Made by a program: the position numbers and the translations under genes | Notes under the pieces: generated by a model | What the model was told of the DNA's origin: nothing | The model's input: only the letters and a program-made list of their open reading frames with translations | Database searches by the model: none | Part shown: positions 15,201 through 30,200 of the stretch, one piece after another | How the letters are laid out: each line of letters starts with the position of its first letter | Numbering within the stretch: the first letter of the stretch is position 1 | Source of the DNA: Antedon mediterranea | Taxonomy: Eukaryota; Animalia; Echinodermata | NCBI RefSeq assembly: GCF_964355755.1 | Contig: NC_092677.1 | Span: 1,758,101-1,822,100, forward strand | Length of the DNA stretch: 64,000 nt | Reading direction: 5' to 3'

Positions 15201-18200
15201 TATTCTATTGGTTTATATTTTTTCTTTAGGCTTATCTGATGTCACTGCACCTTGTAAAGAGGGTCACTACTGTATCAGCAAAGCAAGCAGAATTGACCCA
15301 GAAGATGGTATAACTGGAGATGTCTGCCCTCCTGGCAGATATTGCAATGCTGGGACCGGTGTTAATCCTCCAAAGTGCCCTCGAGGGAAATACTCTAGTG
15401 CGAGTGGTCTGACAGACATCGACCAATGTTCAAATTGTACAGCTGGGTTTTATTGTGAAGATGAGGGATTAACTACCGTTACTGATCCTTGTGATCCAGG
15501 CTACTACTGTCCAACAGGACAACAATCCAGTAATCCATTCCATTGTGAGACAGGGTATTATTGTCCAGAAGGAAGTCCTGATCAAGTTCCATGTCAATCT
15601 GGAAGTTACCAAGATGAGATTGCTCAATCAACTTGCAAGATATGTCTCTCAGGTAATTGGAAAGAAAGGAGTTTATAATGTTTGCTGTATGTTGCTTGAA
15701 AAAGAAAACGAAAAATAGATTGTAGTGGCAATGTTTTGGTGGATGAAATACTTGCTTACTGATCACATGGTATTTGGCTCAAATCATGTCATAATTCCAG
15801 GTTTATAAAGCACAAGTTCCCCATCCTTCAATTGGCTATAGTCATGTATTAGCTGGTGAATGAACATTAGAATAAAAAATTGTGCCTAATGTGGTAGGCC
15901 TATTTTTAACTTTTTTTCATTATTGTAATATCATGTTTATTATTCCGTTTATTGTAATATACCTAGTTAATAATGACAGCATCCTGTAATTTAAGGTCTG
16001 TAAAATGTACACATCAAATATTATTATAATTGTGATTGTAGGTTATTACTGTGATGTGGCTGATGCTCCTATTGATGACTACACCATGTATCCGTGCCCT
16101 CAAGGCTACTACTGCCCCAACGGCACAGAGTTTAATACTCAGTTTAGCTGCCCTAATGGCACATATGGTTCACAACAACAACTAGAGGATGATGGTGAAT
16201 GCACAGAGTGCCCTCCTGGAAAGTACTGCTTTGGTACTGGAAATACTGATACCACAGGTAAGGTTCCTGCTCTTAAATTTACTTTTTTTCTTAAGCGTCG
16301 TCTACACTATCAAACTTTATGTGACAAAAAAATGTGATGTGCCCATATATGGACATGATGATGTCATATTACCAACATATTTGGGCATATCACTACCATA
16401 TTTTGGCACATCACACTTTTTGTAACTAGTTTGATAGTGTAGACAGAGCTTTATGGTCAACATACCACTGCTACCTAACACCCAGACTTGGTTTCCCATC
16501 TTTCAATTAACAAGTCATATGCTGCTGTTGGATGTAGATTAGAAAAAGTAAGAAAAGAGGTAGAAAAGTCACGATATTGTTTATTGTTGATGGCAATGTG
16601 AAAGTGTTTTAAATAATTTAATAATTTAATTTTCATATATTTTCTTCAAACATGTTAGATGATTGTGAAGCTGGTTTCTGGTGTAAGGGTCGTGCGTCCA
16701 CTTCAGTTCCAACTGATGGCGTGACTGGTCAAGAATGTCCAGAAGGAAAATTCTGTGTTGCGGGAACTCCAGCCCCAGAAAACTGTCCTGTAGGAACATG
16801 GTCTGACAGTGTAGGTCTACAAAATGTATCTTTATGTCAGGCATGTACTGAAGGCTACTATTGTAATGGAACTGGATTGACTAGCCCATCAGGACCCTGT
16901 GATCCTGGGTAGGTATTTTTTTATTATTTATTATTATTTTTTCTTATACGCATCGAAAAGCGAGAAACTAGCCAATTACAGGATAGATAAACTATTTTAT
17001 AATTTTCTTTATCATGGATGTTAAATTAATGTACATGTATACATTTCTACATCACAATTTTCTCTTTCCTCCGCTGACTAATGTGATTTCTGTAGGTTGA
17101 CTTTTTTACACCATGATTTTTTATTTCATTGAAATGTACCATGAGTATCTCCCTATATAAGATTTCCATATTATTATTAGATTAGATTCCTGAAATATGT
17201 TGTCACTCTATTGGAATTATTATTTGTAAAAAAAATGTTATTCTATATTTGTTTATAGATTTTATTGTGTGTCTAATGCTGTATCAGCAACACCAAATGA
17301 TACAGTCACCGGTGGACCTTGTACAAAGGGTCATTATTGTCCTGGTGCTACGCCGAGCCCGATTCCATGTGAGGCTGGAACATTCATGACGGAAACGCAC
17401 GCCGATGAGTGTAATATCTGCTATGCTGGATTCTACTGTGTGACTGGTTATGAACCTGAAAGATGCCCTGCTGGTAAGTTGCAAGAACAACATATTTTAG
17501 TAACAATAATGAACTAGATCTATGCTAATCACATGACATCTTCTAAGTAGGCCTACACTAATTTGTGATTGGCTAATTGATTGTCTTAGTACTATTCAAT
17601 ATGGCCAGTACTGTATGTCAATTTTTTCAAATAAAATTGAATTAAAAGATCCACAATGCATTATCCCTCCAAACTCTATTGTTTTGTAATGATTATTAAA
17701 CAAACAACGAATAAATTTTAACGTTGTTGTATATTTCAGGATTCTACTGTCCAGCTGGAACTGGATATGACTGGCAGCCATGCCCCACAGGAACATTCAG
17801 TACAAACGATGGCTTATCCAATGAAACACAATGCACACAATGCAGTGCTGGTAAATATTGTGCAGAAACAAATGCCACCATGGTAACAGGAAAATGTGAT
17901 CCTGGGTATTACTGCGTGGAAGGGTCAGATACACCTACACCAGAGGTCAACTTTAAAGGTCAGTTAATGTTATATTCATGTGTAAAAAAAGTTATTTTGT
18001 CAAATCTTGATTGTACATTTTATTTATTTAAAAAAAAATTGTTTAAGTTTAATAAATATTATAAAAAGTAATTAACATTTTTAAAAATTTTTATTTGACC
18101 TTATGTAGGAACTGCTGGTTTATGTTATGAGGGTCATTATTGTCCAATTGCCACTTCTACACCTTCTCCATGTCCAAGAGGAACATTTAGCAATATCACC

Positions 18201-21200
18201 AAGCTAACAAATGATGTAAGTAACATCATTTATATAAAACACCTTGTCGTTTTGTTTTTCAAAGAATCTCACTAATTTGTATTTATGTACTGTAAATGTA
18301 TATAAATCCAAAGGCAAATTACTGAAAAAAAATGACAATGCTGTGGGTATCAGTGGCTGGATCTCAAGGGAGATACAAAATAAAATAATCAAAAACCTAA
18401 ATCAAAACGATAAAGTAAAACCACCAGAAAAATTATCAGAGCTTTTGGGCAACACTAACCCCAAATTGAGAATAGCAGACAAGCGCTGCCTGAGTGGACT
18501 GGATTAAAAGAAATAAAAACAAAGGAGGCACAGGCTGGCTATTCACCAGCCTGTGCCTCCTTTGTGGAGAGAATAGAGTAGAAAACAATGAAGATAGGTT
18601 GGTAGATATAAACCAATTGCTTTATTTTCTTTTCAGTCTGAATGTACAGACTGCCTGTATGGCCAGTATTGTGAAACTGAAGGTTTGGTGTACCCAACTG
18701 GAGATTGCTACGCTGGCTTTTACTGTCTTCGTGGAGCTAAAGATCCCAACAATCCTATAGTTGATGAAACCAGTGGTCCTTGCCCTGTGGGTTACTACTG
18801 TCCCAATGGCACATCATATCCATTGGCCTGTCTACCAGGAACTTACAATCCATCAATTGGCCAATCAGAATGCTTAGAATGTGAACCAGGGTAAAATATA
18901 ATTTTGGTGATTTTTTTTGGTAATAGTACTGGTTGACCTATTCTGCATTAAAGTTATATACCCGTGCTTTATCTATACTAAAACAATGCTTCCATTCCAG
19001 ATATTGGTGTCCAGAGAATTCAACTGACTACCAGGATACACCATGTCCAACTGGCCACTACTGTCCAGCAGGAACACCATCCAGTGACCAGTACCCATGT
19101 CCAAAAGGCTACTATAATGATTACGAAGGTCAACAGACTCTGGATGATTGTAAACCATGTCCACCTGGTATGCTAATTAGTTTGTAGCTAAGTGTAGAAC
19201 AAATTAAATGATTGGGTTGATTGTATGACCATCTACCTTATTTATAATTCTTATTCATTCATTACTCTACTAGTCATTAGGATACTAGTGATTTTACTGT
19301 AATATTTTTGTTCACAGGTAAATTCTGTGAAACATCTGGCCTTTCCAGTGACAGTGGATCATGTGACGCTGGTTGGTACTGTGTCCGAGGCGCATGGTCA
19401 AGAACACCAATTGATCTTGGAGACAGTAACTCAACATCTAGCTGTTTCTGTGCTTCTAATTCCACTGGTGGTCAGTGCATGCCTGGACAGTTTTGTCCGG
19501 AAGGATCATCAGAGCCAACGCCATGTACCAGAGGTATTAACTCTTTTTATCTTAACTCATATACTCATTATCATTGAAAGTTACAAAGAGGAACAAAATT
19601 TAAAGATTTTTTTAAAATAAAAATATCAGTCCTTCTCTGTTCAGTGATAATTTAAAACTAAATTCTTTGTGTATGTTCTCCTTGTTCTTGTTTTTGATTT
19701 TAAGGACTTGTTAATTTCTTTTAGGTTACTATTGTGATGCATTTGGCCTTGCAAATGAGACTGATGAATGTGACCCTGGATATTACTGCACCCTAGGGGC
19801 ATCTGTATCAGACCCTGTCGATAATGTAACTGGCAATGAGTGCCCTGAAGGACATTATTGCCCAAGAGGTACCTATGACCCAATACAGTGCCCTGCTGGT
19901 TACTTCTCAAACACAACTCGTAATGATGAAATTGGCGATTGTCTTGACTGTTTACCAGGTGAGTTGTATATTCTTTAATTCTAAAAATAACAATTGAAAA
20001 GAATTTTGTCTATTTCACAATAGTAGCCAGAATCTTTTTTTATCAACAAAGATTCTACTTGCATTTGTTTACTAATCATTAATGATCAAAGTAATTTATG
20101 AAATCTACCTAATTTACATTAATAGGCTACTACTGTGAAGGCAGTGGGCTGACCAAACCAACAGCAATATGTGATGCAGGCTTCTATTGTCCAGGTGGAC
20201 AGAATACAAGCCGACCTGCTGAGTACACATGTTCACCTGGTCATTACTGTCCAGAAAGTAGCCCTCAAGAAAGAACATGCGAGCTTGGGCTCTACCAAGA
20301 TGAATGGGGACAGGTATGTTGTATGCTCTCAATGTTCAACACCATATATTTATTAGTTTGTTTATTATTTATTTATACTGGACAGCCTCTCTAGAGGGCC
20401 CAGTTATGATCAGTGGCTGTGATGTGCTAGTACACCTTAAGTATATCCCAACTCATCCCGAAACATGTATGAGATTTTCTTAACGTTTAATTTTTTTCTG
20501 CACAAAAATGTATAGCAACACCAGTGTTGTATACCTAATATCTATTATTTGCGTTTGTTTTACAGGAAGAGTGTAAGATATGTCCAGAAGGCTACTACTG
20601 TGATAGCACACTTCAAAATGATACGTTTTGCTCACATGGTGTGCAGAACCCCCAGACTTGTCCAGAGGGCTACTATTGTCCAAATGGAACCAAATTTGAC
20701 CAAGAGTTTGGGTGTCCTCTCGGAACATACTCAGATGATATCAAGTTGAAGGACTTTACAGAATGCACACAGTGTACAGGAGGAATGTATTGTGATGAGT
20801 TAGGATTGCCTGCCCCTAAAGGACAGTGTTTAGCTGGGTAACTAGTTTATCATATTTTTGAAGTGTAGTAATTTTCTGAATGATTGTAATCCAAATGGTA
20901 CTGTGTTTGATCAACTAACATTCAAATCTATTTTTATTTTTCTAGTCTTCTGATGACAACTATAGAGTGAACATGAGAAATGATTGTATTGTAAAAAAAT
21001 ATGTTATGATTATATAACCAAAACCTTGTTCTTTATAGATATTATTGTAAGCTTGGCTCAAGTTCACCAACTCCAGAGGACGGTGTGACGGGTGACATTT
21101 GTCCAGAGGGTGCTTTCTGTCCAATGGGTTCAAATAAGACGTACCTGTGTCCACCTGGAACCTATAATCCAACTACAGGTAGATAACATTTGTTTTAGTT

Positions 21201-24200
21201 TTTGATATAATTTGAAAATAAAATTTGTTTGGTTATGAAAATTACTCTTGAAGGTGTATAAAACTAATTTGAAACTTTGCTAATTATCAACTTTAAATAA
21301 TCGTTATTTCACATAGGTCTTGAATCGGTTGACCAGTGCCTTGGTTGTGAAGCTGGTCAGTTTTGTCCAGAGTATGGCATGAACATGACAGCAGGGGACT
21401 GTGATGAACGGTTCTATTGTAGTGGAAATGCCTCATCTCCTGCTCCAACAGATGGTCAGACTGGTAAATACATTTTTAATTATTTGTTAACTTGATACTG
21501 TATACAGTGGTATATAGTGAGCATGGTAAACGGTGATGGTGTTCTATAGTCTTTCAAAACTAAGGACCCTCTATTAAAAAAAGAGTTATATCCAAGTTAG
21601 CCTGAATTCATTGCAATAAATAGTGTGTTTACTGCCACCTTGATACAAAGAAAAAGAAGAAAACTGACAAATGATTTGTATTATTCTATTTAGGTGATGA
21701 GTGTCCAATCGGTCACTACTGTCCTTCTGGATCACCTGTTCCATTACCATGTGATCCCGGTACATACACGGATACTACCACCAATCATGAGTGCTTACCA
21801 TGTACTCCTGGTCATTATTGTATCACAGGGTCAAACCCTGAGGTAAGTGTTTTATATAAACAATCTTTATTTTGCAGACAATTACATGTATGGTTATTAT
21901 AGTAACAATAAAAAATGAATTACTTTATATATAAACTAATACGACTATACTAATATGTTATTAATTGGAATTTGTTACATAGGATTGTCCAGCAGGCTTC
22001 TACTGTCCTGAAGGCACTGGGCATGTCTGGGAGGCCTGTCCACCAGGCACCTTCAGCAGTATGACAGGCCTTGCCAATGTTACTCAGTGTACACAATGTC
22101 TGCCAGGCTACTTCTGTGATAGTTTCAATGCTACTGTCACCTCTGGTTTCTGTGACCCAGGCTTTTATTGCCTTTTGGGATCAGATAGCCAGCAACCAGG
22201 AGATTCATCAACTGGGGATGCTGGGGTGTGCCCTACAGGATATTACTGTGGATTTGGTAAGATTTGTTTTGACCTTTGTCATTACCATCATCCATTCTTC
22301 CAATACCCAATAATTTGCATTCTCAGCATACATACACAAACAAAGCTAATATATTCCAATTTATAGTTCTTAAAGCTTTGTTAATGTACTCTTTACCTTT
22401 GAAACGATTTTACAATTTATGTTTTAAAATTTCTTTTAGGTACTGGTGAACCTGACCCATGTCCTGCATCAACCTTCAGCAACGTGACAGGAATTACTGC
22501 TGAACAGTACTGCCAACAATGTCTTGAAGGTGAAACTATTTTAGCTTTTTCATCGTCAAACTCAATAAATAATTGTACAGTTGTGGTATTACTTTTTATT
22601 TTGCGAGTTTCCATGTATAACACTTATTATTACTATTCAATTTCAGGCATGTATTGTGATACACCTGGCCTAGCATACCCCAAAGGATTATGTGAAGAAG
22701 GTTTCTACTGTCAGCTTGGTTCCAACAACTCTAACCCTAGCACAGTAACCAGTGCAGGAGGGCCTTGTCCTCCAGGTACATATTGTATGAGTGGGTCCAG
22801 TGAGCCTACAGACTGTTTGCCTGGGTATTACAATCCAGTTTATATGCAAAGTGACTGCTTGAATTGCCCAGAAGGCTCATACTGTGATGATGGATGCATT
22901 ACTCCTGACATTTGTCCTAAAGGTATGAATACCATTGTTGGTGTATTAAAACAAGTTATCATATTTATTTTTCATTTAGGGTACTACTACTAGAAGTACA
23001 GTGGTACATATATTTTTTTTTTTTCAAAAAACACATTTCTAGTAACTAAATACATTTTATGTCTATGTCTACAGGTCACTTCTGTCCCAATAACACTGGC
23101 TTTGCTACTCAGTTTCCATGTAACAATGGTACATTCAACAACCGTACTGGTGGAAGCAGTGTTGACAGCTGTCAACTATGTATAGCAGGACATTACTGTC
23201 CATATAAGGGAATGATCGAACCAGAAGGCTTATGTGATGAGGGCTGGTACTGCACCTTGGGAGCATGGAAAGCTAGGCCAACAACATTAGGAAATGATAC
23301 AGGTAACATTTTGCATAACATTGAATTAATCAAATGAAAATTATCTATGTACAAATTCTTTCAAAGAATACACTGATTATTTGGTGTTCTATTCAATTAT
23401 TTTTATGTTAGACCTTGGATGCCATTGTCCAGCTGAAAGCACTGGAGGTAGATGCTTAGCCGGTACTTACTGTCCAGCAGGATCTGACCAGCCCATACCA
23501 TGCGACCCAGGCTATTACTGTCAATTTGATGAACTGGCTAATGTATCAGGACCTTGCCAAGCAGGGTTCTACTGCAGTGGAAGTACTATCCTGCCAAACC
23601 CTGTCAATGACACAACTGGTGACATCTGCCCTCAGGGATACTACTGTCCCGAGGGGAGTTCCGGTCCAGAGGCTTGCTCTCCAGGAACATACAGTAACAC
23701 TTTTGAAAACCATAACATCACTGATTGTATTCCATGCACTGCTGGTAAATACTGCACTGGTTGGGGGCGAGTTGAACCCAACGATTACTGTGATGAAGGC
23801 TGGTTCTGTCCTGAAGGGTCAACAGCTGCTCAACCACCTGGAAATGAATGCTTAGCTGGACATCAGTGTCCAGTCGGTAGCCCTGATCAAAGTGCTTGTC
23901 TGTCTGGTTCATATCAACCTTTTACTGGGCAAGGAGAATGCTATGATTGTCCTGCTGGTTAGTATGAAATTTATTTGTGTTGCATCTGAGAAATGCATCC
24001 AAATGTCTTTTTAAAGGTATTTCCATCATCAATAAAAAAACTATAAATAAATTTCAAATGTTTTCTATTTGTTTTAAGGTTCCTATTGTGATCAGAATGA
24101 GGCAATTGAAGAACTTCAGAGTGGAATGCTCGCAGAGACCCATGGAGTAGTTACACCGAAAGATTGCCCTGCTGGTGAGTGCAGTAGCAAGTATTGTAGA

Positions 24201-27200
24201 GAACAAATGATTTTCACAAATACAATCAATTTTAAAAGTTATAGCTCTAACTGACAGCTGTGAAATGACCAAGAGATTAGTTTTTGGATTAAAATTGTAA
24301 ATTATTTTGCAGGTTTTTACTGTCCAAATGGAACTGAAACCGCTCGTCAATACCCATGTCCAATTGGCACTTACAGTAACACCACCAACTTGGAAAACAT
24401 CACAGAATGTAGAGCCTGCCCTCAAGGTAATGTTTGCTTTCTAAATTTTTCAGCAGTTTAAATTAAACTAAAAGAACAATAGGCCTATGCAATGCAGAGT
24501 ATCCAACAAGCACCAGCTTCTTTTGGTACTTTTGAACATTGTAATTGTGAATGAAAATATAAGTCTTGTGTAGTGGTTAACAAAGACATTTTTTTTCTTT
24601 TAGGATTTTACTGTGAAGCTGAGAACATCACCACACCTACAGAACAATGTTCACCAGGTTACTACTGTGTGCTAGGGGCCAATACCCCAACACCAGAACC
24701 AACAGATGAAACAGGAGGACCCTGTCCACAAGGAACATACTGTGAATCTGGGTCATCATGGCCTAGCCCATGTCCCAAAGGAACATTTGGAAGGTCTGAC
24801 AAGCTAGGCTCTGAAGGCAATTGTACAGAATGCTACCCAGGACAGTTCTGTATGGAGACTAGTTTAACAGCTCCTAATGGTTCTTGCTTAGCAGGTAAAG
24901 AACATTTTTCAGAAATTCTAACATCACTTTGATAAGACACAGATAACTTTGTGTAATTTATTGCAATGTCTGGTATGTCACTCAAAAAACAAAACAATAT
25001 AGTACACTTAAGTAGCATTATTCTAACTGTATGTCATTGGCTACAAGATGATGGTTACTTGAACCAGTACCAGTCATATTAACGTTCTTCTGCTGTTCAA
25101 TATAACAATAATACAAATCACCTTTTTTGGCTTAGAATATTGTAATACTTTCTCACAATATGCATATTAATATTCCAGGTTTCTATTGTACCATACGTGC
25201 AATCGACCCAAATCCTTACAATAAATCATATGGTGCTGTATGTCCAGTTGGTCATTATTGTCCAGAGGCTAGTCCTTATCCCACAGCCTGTCTTGCCGGT
25301 ACGTATCAACCCAATGAGATGATGACCAATGAATCGGCTTGCTTTGACTGTACACCTGGAAAATACTGTAACAACAGTGGCTTAGAGATTGAATCAGGTG
25401 TGTATTCAAGTTATTTAGAAGCTTTCAATTTAGGAGATCAATTGTGGTCATGCAGGAATATTGTGATATGCTTCTTTACTGATTTTGTCTACATAGTTTT
25501 GGTTGGTTCTTAGTCATACAATGGCCAACACAAAATGCATAGATCCCAGTCTTCGCAAATCAAATACTCTCTGCTCTCTCTGGAGTTGCACATCAATATG
25601 CAAATATTGTCAACCATTTTTAATCTAATTTTTGTGTATTTTAAATTTCTGTAAACTACTAGTTTTGAATGTATTTAGCATTCCCAGTATCGTTATTTGT
25701 GTATTGAAATATAAAAATAAATTTGTTCATATATCATATTTTATTACAATGATGTATTTACTTTATTAAACATGCTTTAAATAATTCTTTGTAATAGGTT
25801 TGTGCTATGAAGGTTTCTACTGTACATTAGGAGCAAGCAACCCAACCCCACAAGACAATATAACAGGCAACATCTGTCCTAAAGGCCATTTCTGTGAGCT
25901 AGGCTCTCCTGCACCAGAACCTTGTCCTAATGGAACATTTATGAACCACACAATGGGAGAACAATGCTATGATTGCCCAGCAGGTATGTAGATTAAACAG
26001 AATTGTTTATTACATTTCGTTCTCTTTTTTCGTGATTTTAAAATTAAAATTTCTGATGTACTTTAATTTTGAAAAGTATACTGTATTCAAACCTTACAAT
26101 AAAATATACATCTGAAACTATTAGTACTTGAACCTACGTGCTTTGAGATCGCTGGTTGAAAGTTTAAATTTTATAAATGTATGATGGATTGTAGTATCAG
26201 CATAACTAAATAAATTAATTTTTGTTACAGGGTATTATTGTGTTAACCGTGATCGTGCTGACCCATGCCCCCCTGGCTACTACTGCCCTCCCAAGACTGG
26301 TGCCGACCTTCGTATGTGTCCAAGCGGAACTTACAACCCACGTGAAGGTATATACGAAGAAGATCAGTGCTTGGAATGTGATCCAGGCAGTTACTGTCGT
26401 GAGCCGGGACAGGCAAATGTGACTGGAAACTGTAGTGCTGGTTACTATTGTGAATGGGGTAAGTATACTATGGCCAGCTTACTTAAGTCAACTCTTCAGT
26501 CGCAGCATCCAAACCTTTAGTTGACTCAACAACAAGCCCAACTTAGTCCTGGTATATAAATTAACTAGATATATGAACACACATATTGATCTGCGACCTT
26601 TACTAGTGTAGTTACTATTTTACAGCAATGACAAATAAATATCCAAGTCAGCTGTTATATTAACTATTATTGAACATATTTTTTTTGTAGGTGTTGATGT
26701 AGACAAGCCTACTGGTAACCATACAGGCGTGGGTGGTATATGTCCACCGGGTCACTACTGTCCCGAAGGAAGTGCCATTCCTCTTGGATGTCCAGCAGGT
26801 CATTATACTGACATTGAGAATCAACCATTGTGTACATCTTGTCCAGCCGGTTACTACTGTTTACAAAATTCAACATCATTTTCTGAAAATGTCTGCCCTG
26901 CTGGTAAGTGTTTATACTATAGGGCACAGTAAACGTTCATTTATTCAATATTCACCACACAACAAAAAAAACATAATAATAATTATAAATAATTATATTA
27001 ACAAGTTTCATAATAATTACAAACATAGTATGTGTGGAAGCAAGCCATAAGTTTAATTGTATGCCTAGGCTCCCAGAAATAAGTGAAGTACAGTAAAAAA
27101 AAAGTTGGGCAGAAAAAGATGCAATATACGATATGTTATTATATATGGTAAGACACTTGACACCCAGCATATTATGTCAGAGAATGATAACCTGTAAGTC

Positions 27201-30200
27201 TATATCTAAAATAGTATAATCTTGTGTAATTGACAACTTCTATAAGTTTACAAATCTCAATGCAAGTACATTCTATTCTTTCTCAGGATATTACTGCCCA
27301 CTGGAGACAACACATCCATATGAATACCCCTGTCCTAAAGGATCCTTTAACCCAGTCAACAACAGTGATGAAATTGAAGATTGTCTGGCCTGCTTACCTG
27401 GAATGTACTGCCAATGTAAGTACTTACTTATTTACTTACCTGGTTACTTAGGTAGATAGGCCCTGTAATCCTTGAGGAAGCCTAGGTCCTCAATTTTTCT
27501 ATGAAGGATTCTTTTTTCAGAAATTATATCATCTGGTAATTAAAATGATTACCTAATTTTGAAGTCTTGGAAATATAGTTAAAATAACACTAAATGTTAT
27601 GAATCTTTTAATGGTAATTCATTGTCTTTATTACTCACTAGTTGTAAATGTTATGAATCTTTTAATGATAATTCATTGACTTTATTACTCACTAGTTGTA
27701 AATGTTATGAATCTTTAATGATAATTCATTGGCTTTATTACTCACTAGTTGTAAATGTTATGAATCTTTTAATGATAATTCATTGACTTTATTACTCACT
27801 AGTTGTAAATGTTATGAATCTTTTAATGATAATTCATTGACTTTATTACTCACTAGTTGTAAATGTTATGAATCTTTTAATGATAATTCATTGACTTTAT
27901 TACTCACTAGTTGTAAATGTTATGAATCTTTTAATGATAATTCATTGGCTTTATTACTCACTAGTTGTAAATGTTATGAATCTTTTAATGGTAATTCATT
28001 GGCTTTATTACTCACTAGTTGTAAATGTTATGAATCTTTTAATGGTAATTCATTGGCTTTATTACTCACTAGTTGTAAATGTTATGAATCTTTTAATGGT
28101 AATTCATTGGCTTTATTACTCACTAGTTGTAAATGTTATGAATCTTTTAATGGTAATTCATTGGCTTTATTACTCACTAGTTGTAAATGTTATGAATCTT
28201 TTAATGGTAATTCATTGGCTTTATTACTCACTAGTTGATGGACAAGATGCACCATCTGGTAACTGTTCCGCTGGTTGGTATTGTACAGGAGGCTCATACC
28301 AAGAGATGCCACTAACAACAGCTAATGCTACTGATTTGTCTGAGTGTACATGCCCATTGGCTAACTATACAGGTTGGTCCACTTTCATCTTTATGTGTAT
28401 AAAATTACTAAGCATCTTTCTTTTTAACTTTTATAATTTACATACTTACATAGTGTATGTTGTCATGATACATTTTATTTATGCGTATTTAGTGTTAAAA
28501 TTTAATAATAGGAATAATTTTGCCTTATACTTTTCAACCTATTGTTAATATTTTAGGTGGAAAGTGCTGGCCAGGTACCTATTGCCCGAGTGGCAGCCCA
28601 TACCCAGTTTCATGTGATGAAGGTTATTATTGCAAAGAGTATGGAAGGCCAGAACCCAATGATCAATGTGATGCTGGTATGTATATTTGTTTCAATCTTA
28701 TATTATATGGCTTGCCATATTCAGCTTTTTTAATGCAAAGAATGTACTTAATCTGAAAATAAAATATGTTTTAACTCTACAGGTTATTATTGTGATGGTG
28801 GAGCATCTGAACCTGACCCAGATGACCGTGTCTGCCCTGAGGGGACCTATTGCGAGGTTGGCTCTGCTACCCCGACCCATTGTCCCAGTGGTACATTTGC
28901 AAACACTTCTGGTAACATACAACCAGAGGACTGCCTTTCGTGTACTCCAGGAAAATTCTGCTCAGGTCCAGGAAACGTCATCCCAGATAATGATTGTGAC
29001 CCAGGCTACTACTGCCCAGGTGGTCAGTCATCTGCATCACCTGCAGAATACAACTGCACAATTGGTCACTTCTGTGATGGTGGGAATGACCAGCCTGAAC
29101 CATGTGAACCAGGATATTATCAGGATGAAATTGGGACTGCAGTTTGCAAGGAATGCCCTGCTGGATAGTAAGACTATTACACATCATTTCATTGTTAATA
29201 TTTTGCATGACTTCCACACAATATTAAATTTAATTACATTAAGGTCTCAATTATAATGTAATTATTATAAACCTATATCATATGTTAGGTAGAGGTTAGA
29301 CAAAGAGTTAGGTTCAAGCTTGGTTTCCACTAGGATGCAAAACAAGGATGTAAGCGCAACGCAAGTTTTACATATCACAAGCTATAGAACTGTCGCTTGT
29401 CATTAGTCAACTCCCTTGTTTTGCGCTAACATCTTTGTGTTGCGTTGTAGTGGGAACAAAGCTTCAGAAACAATAGAAGAGTGATGTTGGGGAGTTTTTA
29501 ACAAAATAACAACTTCTTTACCTTATAGCTACTGTGATCCTGTAGAGGCAGCAGCCTACTACGGTGTTGTAAGCCATGGTGTAGTCACACCAACTGACTG
29601 CCCTGTGGGCTACTACTGTCCTAATGGCACAGAATCTAAGCATCAGTATCCTTGCTTAGAAGGCTACTACAGCAATTCCACTAACCTACATAACCATGAA
29701 CAATGCCTGCCTTGCCCTGGTGGAAAGTATTGTGATGGAAAAGGTAACACAACTTTTTAACTTAAGTTTATTGTTACAGTTGATATGATATTGAAACACA
29801 GATAACAGTACCATATTCACTGTGACTCATCACTACAATTATACTCTTCACAATTGTGACAGAGCAATGTGTGCACTTTGAATCTTAAGTTTTTCAGACT
29901 TATTCCATGTCTATTGCTACAATTGCCCAAATATTTTTAATTTTGTCAATGTTTTGTTTGAATCAGGCTTAACGGTTTATGCTGATGAATGCGATGCAGG
30001 ATATGTCTGTGTATCAGCATCTAACAACTCACAACCAACAGACAGCATAACTGGTTACGAGTGCCGGCCAGGCTACTACTGTCCTAAAGGATCTGATCAA
30101 GGTACAAAGTGTCCAGTTGGAACATTTAGTAATAACTATGGATTGGAGAATGTAACAGAGTGTGAAGACTGTAGACCAGGCAGTCACTGCCAGACTGAAG

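Noticed and set aside
18519-18565. Rho-independent terminator / bacterial contamination
   Set aside because: It sits inside a normal GT-AG intron of the host gene and has no long U-tract; kept only as an unexplained hairpin.
27729-28238. 169-aa ORF (SCKCYESFNDNSLTLLLT repeats) as a separate gene
   Set aside because: It is a by-product of a stop-free frame in the 54-bp minisatellite, with a non-ATG start inside an intron.
29161-29172. In-frame TAG/TAA suggesting a pseudogene or stop read-through
   Set aside because: Resolved by splicing: GGA TA|gtaag...tatag|C TAC gives Gly-Tyr-Tyr.
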